This document shows, piece after piece, positions 17,383 through 24,696 of a stretch of 64,000 bases of DNA; positions within the stretch are counted from its first letter, which is position 1; each line of letters begins with the position of its first letter. A program made the translations under genes and the position numbers. The stretch is taken from contig CAYLPP010000001.1 in the NCBI GenBank assembly GCA_964385615.1, forward strand, positions 185,566 to 249,565. Reading direction: 5' to 3'. The stretch is from an uncultured bacterium (GTDB taxonomy: Bacteria; Omnitrophota; Omnitrophia; Omnitrophales; Aquincolibacteriaceae). The notes beneath the pieces were generated by a model. The model worked only from the letters and a program-made list of their open reading frames with translations. It searched no databases and was not told the DNA's origin.

Positions 17383-18006
17383 TTACTGCTTCTCGAAAGC
17401 AACCTGATCAATGGAGATCGTTCCCGTCTTCGGGCTGGAGTTGATATCATCAAACACAACCACGAATTCGTTCATGGAGCTCCAATCCGTAATACGGCGG
17501 AACTTTTCGAACGGGACTGAAATCTTCTGCCACTGGTCCGTGATTCCGGAAACAATGTACGGTGATGACTTGTTGCTCATGTCCTTCATCTCAATCTTGA
17601 CGCGCTTGGTGAAACTAGCGGCATCACCCTTGATGTAGAAGGTCAACGTATTGTACGCGGTAGCATTCTCGCCATTCAGCTTCATCCAAAAACCATTGTA
17701 AGCCGGGTTAGGAGAATCCACATCGTAGGCTAACTTTACGGAATAACCCGCGGGATCACCGAGAGCATCATCCGGTTCAAAAGACATCTTCGTGCTCTGG
17801 GTTTCATCGTTGGGGTCCTTATCCCAAGCGCCGAAATCCCCGCCGATATTATTGGGCTTATCCCCCGTGTCAAAATCAGCAACGACAAGAGCGTTTGAAT
17901 TCGCCTTGTCAGCAGCCATTGCCGGCTGAGCAAAAGCAACGGCAAACGCAATCACTGCCAACATGGCTATTAAATTGAGCTTCTTCATGCTTGCTACTCC
18001 TTTCAA
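17383..18006 (-). CDS. Secreted beta-sandwich protein, possibly CBM/CIA30-like
   Basis: Signal peptide MKKLNLIAMLAVIAFAVAFAQPAMA; the true start is probably at 17988. The mature part is rich in aromatic and Gly residues (NGFWMKLNGENATAYNTLTFYIKGD...TGTISIDQVAFEK). Confidence 0.5.
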   Translation of the reverse strand: MKGVASMKKLNLIAMLAVIAFAVAFAQPAMAADKANSNALVVADFDTGDKPNNIGGDFGAWDKDPNDETQSTKMSFEPDDALGDPAGYSVKLAYDVDSPNPAYNGFWMKLNGENATAYNTLTFYIKGDAASFTKRVKIEMKDMSNKSSPYIVSGITDQWQKISVPFEKFRRITDWSSMNEFVVVFDDINSSPKTGTISIDQVAFEKQ

Positions 18007-18080
18007 TTCGATGAATTCCCTTTTAAATTAAAAAGGTCTCGATGCCCATTCAGACGTCGAGGAGGCTTATTGTATTCATT

Positions 18081-18521
18081 TTAAAACTTTGTTTCCAGTA
18101 CAATTATCAGGACCCCACCCTGGGCCGGAGGCCCCCCCAGGAAGACCACCCCTGGCCTCAAAATAGAGACAACGGTATCAAGGTATTGGACATTATCCTT
18201 ACGGATAACGGCTTGAACCTGGACCCTCTTGTTTTCTACTGTTTGAAGAGTCAGGGTAAGTTTGTAGCCGTCAGGCAGGTCCACAGATTCCCGTTTGGAC
18301 CGCTCGAGGTTAAAAGTCGTCTCACCGGTCTGGCTGTACGCGCTGTAAGAAAACAGCTGAATCAGCTGGCGCCGGTAAACATCATTAATGGGAGTGGAAT
18401 CAATCCCATCATTCGAAGCAACCAGCACGGCGGCTTTAACTTTCACCGTTTCGCCGGCCCGCACGGGCACAGCCGTTAAAAGAATTGAAAAAAAGACGGC
18501 GGAGAAAATTTTTATATTCAC
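18081..18521 (-). CDS. Small secreted protein of unknown function
   Basis: Signal peptide MNIKIFSAVFFSILLTAVPVRAG. Its start overlaps the stop of the anti-sigma gene by 4 nt. Confidence 0.5.
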   Translation of the reverse strand: MNIKIFSAVFFSILLTAVPVRAGETVKVKAAVLVASNDGIDSTPINDVYRRQLIQLFSYSAYSQTGETTFNLERSKRESVDLPDGYKLTLTLQTVENKRVQVQAVIRKDNVQYLDTVVSILRPGVVFLGGPPAQGGVLIIVLETKF

Positions 18522-19021
18522 GTAGGCATCCCCGGTTGCGGTGTTTTATTGAGCGTCTGCGGAGGAGGCGTGAAAACCCAGACAATGGTCACGGGAACCT
18601 CGTCCACTTTTTTCTGGTAAACCATGGGCTGGCCGACTTGGCTCACGGCCCTTTTAACCCAAATTCTGGGAATTCTAAAAAACCGCTTTTTCTTTTTCAC
18701 GGAAGGGTCGGTGACCTCAATGCGCGAAACCGGCGCTGTCTCCTGGGAAACGGCGGAAGCCGACGAAGCCATCACCGGCTGGAGATTTTTCACGGGCCGG
18801 ACGCCGAGACCCGGCGCGATGTAAAGAAAAAACAGGAAAAGTCCGGCCAAAGCCAGAGAGGCCGCAAAGGCGCCGCCTTCCGGCACCAGCACTGGAGCAG
18901 GCTCAAAAAACCGGGCCATGAAAAGCTTCTTATCCCGCGCGACTTCAGGGCGCGCGAGCTCATCCGCCATCAGGCTTCGGTAAACTTCAATCGCTTTCTC
19001 TTCAGGATCCATGTTTTCCAT
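18518..19021 (-). CDS. Putative anti-sigma factor with a cytoplasmic N-terminal domain and a single TM helix
   Basis: Located immediately downstream of the ECF sigma gene, with a 20 nt overlap. A short N-terminal helix (EKAIEVYRSLMADELARP) is followed by the TM segment AFAASLALAGLFLFFLYIAPGL. Confidence 0.5.
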   Translation of the reverse strand: MENMDPEEKAIEVYRSLMADELARPEVARDKKLFMARFFEPAPVLVPEGGAFAASLALAGLFLFFLYIAPGLGVRPVKNLQPVMASSASAVSQETAPVSRIEVTDPSVKKKKRFFRIPRIWVKRAVSQVGQPMVYQKKVDEVPVTIVWVFTPPPQTLNKTPQPGMPT

Positions 19022-19616
19022 AACTGTTTTTTTTCATTTCAAGCTTCGGCGCCAAAACTTCCGCTAATTTTTTGCGCGCGTAAAAAAGACGCGACATGAC
19101 GGTGCCGGTTTCAATGCCGAGTGATTCGGCGATTTCTTCATAGCTCAGGCCCTGCCATTCTCTCAAGACCAGAATCGCCCGGTGCTCCGGCGAAAGCTCT
19201 TCAAGCGACTTAAAGATCAGCGAGCGCAACTCCGACTGTTCGGCCTCTCCGGCCGGCCCCGCTCCGGGGTCTTTAATAATGACCGGCGCCCGGTCGTCAT
19301 CATCGCTGGCATCGGTGGCATCCAAAGATTCCATCGGTCTTTTGTGACGCCGGCGTTCATCAATGGCCGCGTTCACCGTGATTCTGTAAATCCAGGTCTT
19401 GAATTTAGACTTCCCTTCGAATCGGGGCAGTTCCCGGTGAGCTTTAATGAAAGCTTCTTGCGTCACGTCCCGGGCTGCTTCCCGGTTGCGCAAAATACCG
19501 AAAGCGACCGCGTAAACCATCTCATAATGGCGGTCGACCAGTTTGCCGAAAGCGGCTTGATCCCCGCTTCGAGCCTGTTCCAGAATGGGTTCATCAGAAT
19601 CGGGCATTCGGGTCAA
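19002..19616 (-). CDS. ECF (sigma-70 family group IV) RNA polymerase sigma factor
   Basis: Region 2 is ...AFIKAHRELPRFEGKSKFKTWIYRITVNAAIDERRR.... Region 4 is LSPEHRAILVLREWQGLSYEEIAESLGIETGTVMSRLFYARKKL. Confidence 0.9.
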   Translation of the reverse strand: MTRMPDSDEPILEQARSGDQAAFGKLVDRHYEMVYAVAFGILRNREAARDVTQEAFIKAHRELPRFEGKSKFKTWIYRITVNAAIDERRRHKRPMESLDATDASDDDDRAPVIIKDPGAGPAGEAEQSELRSLIFKSLEELSPEHRAILVLREWQGLSYEEIAESLGIETGTVMSRLFYARKKLAEVLAPKLEMKKNSYGKHGS

Positions 19617-19651
19617 GTTACCTCATAAGACGAGCAAAGACAATGACTTAT

Positions 19652-21631
19652 TCACGGTTCGGAGTCTATTTCTTCCCAGGAACTGCGGTATCCGCCCTCC
19701 GCTTCGGCGTATTCGATAAACCGCTTATAAAAAGGGATTTTAGAGAGGGTCGAGCTGTCGCCGATCACGACTAATTTACGTTTGGCACGGGTCATGGCCA
19801 CATTCATACGGCGGGTGTCGGCCAAAAATCCCAGCTCCCCTTCCATATTGGAACGCACCAAAGAAAGCATGACCAATTCTTTTTCTCTTCCCTGGAATCC
19901 ATCAACACTGTCCACTTCAATGGCGGGGTCAGGCATTTTGCTGGTTAATAAACGCACCTGGGCGCTGTAAGGGCTGATCACGGCGATTTCCTCCGGCTTC
20001 ACGCCCAGCGCCAAAAGTTTTTTCAAATGAGTGAGCACCAGCCCCGCTTCTTCCTGATTGAAACGGCTTTCGCTTCCCGGTTCACGGGCTTCTTCAAATC
20101 CCCGGCCGGCGGTATCAAGAAACAGAAACGGCTCCGTGGTTTCCGGCGCTTTTTCAACATGAGGCAAGTCCGCGAGGGTGTGGGATTTCACAGAATCATC
20201 CGCGATCAAATTGCCTTCGTAAAATTCCCGCGAAGAAAAGTTCATGATCTTTTCATGCATCCGGTACTGAATCTTCAAAAGAATCTTCCGTTCCTCGCCC
20301 GCCAGAGGGTGCAGTCTTTCAAAGAGCGTCAGCCCCAGACCGCCCTCTTCCGCTTTCTTGGAACGCACGGTCGGCGGAAGCTGAAAATGATCCCCCGCGA
20401 AAATAATTTTCTGCGCTTTTAAAATCGGAATCCACGCGCCCGGCTCAATCGCCTGAGTCGCTTCATCCATAACCAGCAGGTCAAAAACCCGGCCGCGCAA
20501 AACCGGGTCGGTCGCGCTGGTCAGCGTGCCGACCATAACGGGGCAGGTTTCCAGAACCTGTTTGAGGATGTGATCGTCCAGCTGTTTGATTTCATGCTTC
20601 AGCGTTTTAATCTCATCATTGATCTGCTGACGCAGTTCACGCGACAGCCCCCCGCGCTCTTCACGGCGCTGGCGCTTAACCTGAAGGGTGTGAATTTCAG
20701 ACTCCATTTCATCCACGGTCTTCCCCAGCGGGTGGGCGGCCAGTTTAAAATCAAGCGTGTGATCGCGCAGACTGCGCATAATCCGCGCGGGATGACCCAG
20801 GCGAATCGCGTTCACACCGGCATCCACCAGACATTCCAATAGATGGTCACAGGCGGTATTGCTGGGCGCGGTCGCGAACACAAATTTATTTTCCGCGGTC
20901 GTCTGGCGGATGATTTCGATCAAAGCCGTCGTCTTCCCGGTTCCCGGAGGCCCATGCACCAGCCCGACATCGCGTGAAGCCAGCGCCATACGCACCGCTT
21001 CTTTCTGCCAGGGGTTGAGATTGGAATTCAGAAATTTAATCTGATCCATCGGCAGAGGGTCAAAACTTTCAGGTTTCTTCAGACCCAGGGAAACATCCCG
21101 GAAAAAAGCAATGCGGGAATGATCTTCGCTCTGAACGCGGTTAAGCGTCTCCAGCATCTTTTTGTAAGTGGCCCGGCTTCCGCCGATACTCAGGTCGTAA
21201 AGCCCTTCTTCATGCACCCAGTCCGGCAAAGCGCGGTTGAAAGCCGCGGTAATGGTCGCGGGCTCTTTTTCATAAACCGTGCCGAAAGGAGGATCGAAAT
21301 TTTCACCGGCGTATTCCGAAAGCGTGACCGGGTCGCCGATGTCCGGCGAGTAAATCGGAAAATTACGGCCGTCGAAGTAGCTGAAGCTGACCAGGTGATG
21401 CCCCGCCGCGGTAAAATGAAATTCCACCGCTTTTAAACGGAGAAGGGCCTTGCCGGCCTTCTGGCGTTCTTCCGGAGTTTTTTCCAAAAAGGAAAGGCGG
21501 AACTGCTCAATCTCCTCAGCCTCTTCGAAACCCAGTAATTCCTTAAGACGATTGAAGTGTTTTTCGATTTCTTTCATTAGAGCCTTATCATCACAAAAGC
21601 GATTATGGCGATCAGGGCCGCCAAAATCCAA
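19652..21631 (-). CDS. Superfamily-1 Upf1/DNA2-like helicase of the AAA_11/AAA_12, COG1112 type
   Basis: Walker A GPPGTGKTT, Walker B/motif II LLVMDEATQA, and a C-terminal VAMTRAKRKLVVIGD. A non-catalytic N-terminal domain of about 220 aa precedes the helicase core. Confidence 0.8.
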   Translation of the reverse strand: MDFGGPDRHNRFCDDKALMKEIEKHFNRLKELLGFEEAEEIEQFRLSFLEKTPEERQKAGKALLRLKAVEFHFTAAGHHLVSFSYFDGRNFPIYSPDIGDPVTLSEYAGENFDPPFGTVYEKEPATITAAFNRALPDWVHEEGLYDLSIGGSRATYKKMLETLNRVQSEDHSRIAFFRDVSLGLKKPESFDPLPMDQIKFLNSNLNPWQKEAVRMALASRDVGLVHGPPGTGKTTALIEIIRQTTAENKFVFATAPSNTACDHLLECLVDAGVNAIRLGHPARIMRSLRDHTLDFKLAAHPLGKTVDEMESEIHTLQVKRQRREERGGLSRELRQQINDEIKTLKHEIKQLDDHILKQVLETCPVMVGTLTSATDPVLRGRVFDLLVMDEATQAIEPGAWIPILKAQKIIFAGDHFQLPPTVRSKKAEEGGLGLTLFERLHPLAGEERKILLKIQYRMHEKIMNFSSREFYEGNLIADDSVKSHTLADLPHVEKAPETTEPFLFLDTAGRGFEEAREPGSESRFNQEEAGLVLTHLKKLLALGVKPEEIAVISPYSAQVRLLTSKMPDPAIEVDSVDGFQGREKELVMLSLVRSNMEGELGFLADTRRMNVAMTRAKRKLVVIGDSSTLSKIPFYKRFIEYAEAEGGYRSSWEEIDSEP

Positions 21632-21885
21632 AAATACTTTCCGTTTGAAAGCCAGCCGACGATCCGGCCGAGAGCTCCCGTTTCGTAAAAAACCTTTTCC
21701 CCGCAGTACAGACAGGTTAAGCTTCTGCGCTCAATCCATTTCCCGCAGTGAGAGCACGGCACGGTCTGCCTGCCTTCAAACTCATCCTGAAAATCTTCAC
21801 TTTCCCATTTCCTGCGGAGCTTTTCCGGCTGTTCCTCTTCAGGAACCTCCGCGAAATCAGATTCATCGTCGTCATCCATCAGCAT
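21577..21885 (-). CDS. Small protein with an acidic N-terminus, a zinc ribbon (CxxC-x15-CxxC) and a C-terminal TM anchor
   Basis: MLMDDDDESDFAEVPEEEQ... CSHCGKWIERRSLTCLYCGEKVF ... WILAALIAIIAFVMIRL. The gene overlaps the helicase start by 55 nt. Confidence 0.55.
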   Translation of the reverse strand: MLMDDDDESDFAEVPEEEQPEKLRRKWESEDFQDEFEGRQTVPCSHCGKWIERRSLTCLYCGEKVFYETGALGRIVGWLSNGKYFWILAALIAIIAFVMIRL

Positions 21886-21898
21886 CGCGCGTTCCCGG

Positions 21899-23017
21899 TC
21901 ACGTTATTTTTTTAAGCTGAAATGGAATCATGCCTTCAAGAAGGAGAATAAAAGCAATAAAGAGCGTATAAGCATCTTCCCAATGCCGGTCCATCGCAAA
22001 GTACTGCTTGGCAATTGCCGTCAGGCTTAGATAAATCAGGAAAAACCGGGCAGAAAGAGCCAGGGTCCGGCGGAGTTTTGGGTGAAGAAAGTCAGCATCA
22101 GGGCGGGAAAGTAAAATACCCGCTCCTGAAAAGAGCAAAAGGCAGAGCATCGAAACCGGCTGCCACATGGATTCCAAACTTTTAAAACTCAGCCAGTAAG
22201 TCACGGCATTCCAGGCGTTGATCAAAGGAATCACCAGCACCAAAACAAAAAAACCGAACCGCTGAGGCGTCAGAATATCCTCAGCCGGCTGACGGCGAAA
22301 TTTAAAATTTTGCAGACTGCTGATCATCCCCCAGAAAAGGAACCCGGCGGTAAACCCCAGAATTTGATCGCGAAGCGCCCACCAGGCCCACCCTTGCCCA
22401 AAATATTCCTGATAGCCCGCGCTGAGTACTAAACCCGAAAAAAGAAAAGCCATGCTCCAGGCCAGCGCGCCGGTCAGGGCGGCCATCCAGACGATTTGCG
22501 ATTTTCTTGACACAAAGTTATAAGCTTGCAAGAAAACCGTTCCGGCAATCAGCAAAGGCATATCCAGAAATCCAAGTCCGGGAAGGCCGGGAAGCACCGT
22601 CCAGGCAAGAATAACGGTCGCAAGCATCAGAACATCGAGACGATTCAAACTTTTCTCAGAAAATCCAAACCCCCAGAAAGTGGCGCCGGAGGCTCCCCAG
22701 ATCAGGCCGACGCAAAAAATATCAAACAACTCTTTTTTGATTTGTCCAAACGCGGAGGCTTGAACCACCGTATCGAAAAAAGCTCCGTAGCTTAAATGCC
22801 CGCCCGCCGCGAAACCGGCCGCAGTCAGAATGACCGCCCGCCCAAATGATTCCCGCCAATGCTCTTCACGCATACAGAAAGCCGGAAGAATGGCCAGACA
22901 AGCGCCCGGGATCATCGCGCCTTTCAGATGCCCGAACTGCCCGCGCAAAGACCAGGCCAACGCCATAAGAATCCCCGCGAAAAAGCACTCAAATAAAATT
23001 TTTTTCGGATTTTTCAT
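21899..23017 (-). CDS. Polytopic inner-membrane protein of unknown function, about 10 TM helices
   Basis: 372 aa. Hydrophobic helices run throughout and are rich in Trp, Phe and Gly. There is a 4 nt overlap with dinB. Confidence 0.6.
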   Translation of the reverse strand: MKNPKKILFECFFAGILMALAWSLRGQFGHLKGAMIPGACLAILPAFCMREEHWRESFGRAVILTAAGFAAGGHLSYGAFFDTVVQASAFGQIKKELFDIFCVGLIWGASGATFWGFGFSEKSLNRLDVLMLATVILAWTVLPGLPGLGFLDMPLLIAGTVFLQAYNFVSRKSQIVWMAALTGALAWSMAFLFSGLVLSAGYQEYFGQGWAWWALRDQILGFTAGFLFWGMISSLQNFKFRRQPAEDILTPQRFGFFVLVLVIPLINAWNAVTYWLSFKSLESMWQPVSMLCLLLFSGAGILLSRPDADFLHPKLRRTLALSARFFLIYLSLTAIAKQYFAMDRHWEDAYTLFIAFILLLEGMIPFQLKKIT

Positions 23018-24108
23018 TGAAACTGAAACTCCCCAAAGAGGTCTTTTTGTTTCGTGGGAGAAAATTCGGTTTCTTCCGTCAACCCTGAAATCCCCAACCC
23101 CAGCAGACGCACGGGTTTTTTTCCCGCTTCGGTTTTTAGATCCAAAAGCTCCGCGGCCGTGCGGTAGATTTCTTCAACGCCCGGAAACCGGTCCAGGGTT
23201 TTGGAACGGGTGATCTGTTCAAAATCATGATATTTAACTTTCAGCACAATCGTCCGGCCTTTTTGCCCGCGTTCCTTCAAACCCTCAAAAATATTGCCGG
23301 CGTATTCCTGAAGTTTTAATTTTAAAAATTTTTTATCGAGTACATCCGCTGAAAAAGTTTCTTCTTCGCTGAACTGCTTGGCGGGCGCGTCGGGCTCCAC
23401 TTCCCGTTCATCCACTCCCCGGGCACGGTCGTAAAGCGCGTGGCCCCATTTCCCAAACCGCTCAATCAGAAACGCTTTGCTTTTCAGTGCGAGCTGACCG
23501 CAGGTTTTAATTCCTAAATCTTGCAGTTCCTTTTCACCCACAGGTCCCACGCCGGGGATTTTACGCACCGGAAGGTTTTCCAGAAAAGTTTCCACCTCGG
23601 CGGGTTTCACGACGGTTAACCCGTCCGGCTTCTGAAAATCGGACGCCACTTTGGCCAGAAAAAGGTTAGGGGCAACGCCCGCTGAGGCGGTTAAGCGCGT
23701 GACGGCGGTAATATTCTGTTTAATCATGGAAGCGATCATGACCGGATCCTCGAGCCCGAAGCGGTGGCGGGTCACATCCAGATAGGCTTCATCGAGCGAA
23801 AGCGGTTCAACCCAATCGGTGTGCTGGCGGAAAATCGCGCGCAGGGTGCGTGAAACCAGCTGGTACTTTTCAAAATGCGGGCGGATAAAAATTCCCTGCG
23901 GGCAGAGCTTGCGGGCCTGAGCGGACGGCATGGCGGAGCGCACTCCGAATTTCCGGGCTTCATAAGAAGCGGTGCTGACAACTCCCCGCCCAAAAGGGTC
24001 TCCGCCCACGATCAGCGGTTTGCCCCGGTATTGCGGGTTGTCACGCTGTTCAACCGCCGCAAAAAAAGCATCCATATCGATATGGATGATCTTTTTCTTC
24101 CAAGTCAT
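23014..24108 (-). CDS. dinB: DNA polymerase IV (Y-family translesion polymerase)
   Basis: MTWKKKIIHIDMDAFFAAVEQRDNPQYRGKPLIVGG...SYEARKFGVRSAMP... is a canonical DinB N-terminus. The ORF track extends to 24297 with an atypical 63-aa leader, so an internal start at 24108 is preferred. Confidence 0.85.
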   Translation of the reverse strand: MTWKKKIIHIDMDAFFAAVEQRDNPQYRGKPLIVGGDPFGRGVVSTASYEARKFGVRSAMPSAQARKLCPQGIFIRPHFEKYQLVSRTLRAIFRQHTDWVEPLSLDEAYLDVTRHRFGLEDPVMIASMIKQNITAVTRLTASAGVAPNLFLAKVASDFQKPDGLTVVKPAEVETFLENLPVRKIPGVGPVGEKELQDLGIKTCGQLALKSKAFLIERFGKWGHALYDRARGVDEREVEPDAPAKQFSEEETFSADVLDKKFLKLKLQEYAGNIFEGLKERGQKGRTIVLKVKYHDFEQITRSKTLDRFPGVEEIYRTAAELLDLKTEAGKKPVRLLGLGISGLTEETEFSPTKQKDLFGEFQFQ

Positions 24109-24229
24109 CGCTTGGCAGGGCCTTTTCCCAGGGACAGTTTTCGGCTTTGCATGCCGTTGATTATACTGCGGAATCACGGTTTGATCTTGGAGAAAATGGC
24201 CTGTACTCTTTATAAGATCGGAGGTTTCA

Positions 24230-24472
24230 ATGTCTGAAGATAAAATCACGCTGAATCTGGGAGGCCGGGAAGTGGAAGCGGTTCCCGTGGAAGTCAACCA
24301 GGCCCATGAGGTCTGGAACGACTACCTGCTGGAAGACGGAACGGTGCTCAAGATGAAGCTGATTCTCAAGAAGGTTTTCAAGGTGGCCAATGAAGTGGAC
24401 GCGGAAGGCAACCCGGTCTACGTGATGCAGTCCACTAACGTTTCGACGGTTAACGCACCGAAGAAAAAATGA
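24230..24472 (+). CDS. Hypothetical 80-aa protein
   Basis: Open frame MSEDKITLNLGGREVEAVPVEV... with no recognisable motifs. It overlaps the 5' extension of the dinB ORF on the opposite strand, so its coding status is uncertain. Confidence 0.3.
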   Translation: MSEDKITLNLGGREVEAVPVEVNQAHEVWNDYLLEDGTVLKMKLILKKVFKVANEVDAEGNPVYVMQSTNVSTVNAPKKK

Positions 24473-24696
24473 TTGGTTTTTAAGCCTGCTCTCCCGAATC
24501 CCCCAGGGCCGGAAGGTGAATTCCTTCAGGAGCCCAATCCCAATAGCGCCTAAGTTGTTTTATGAAAACAATTTAGATTAAATTTTAATTCGCTTTTTAA
24601 GCGGCTCCCCCCTTTGTTTTATCCCACCCTTTCGAGTATATTTTAAGAAGGTGGAAATACGGGGTCCGACCACAACACAAAGCGCCAGAATCAGTT

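Noticed and set aside
24109-24297. 63-aa N-terminal extension of the dinB ORF (MTSTGTASTSRPPRFS...)
   Set aside because: The canonical DinB N-terminus starts at the internal MTWKKKIIHIDMD. The extension is low-complexity and overlaps the opposite-strand 80-aa ORF. An internal start is preferred.
24522-24537. Short hairpin GAAGGTGAATTCCTTC after the 80-aa ORF as a terminator
   Set aside because: It has only a 5-bp stem and no U-tract, which is too weak to call.
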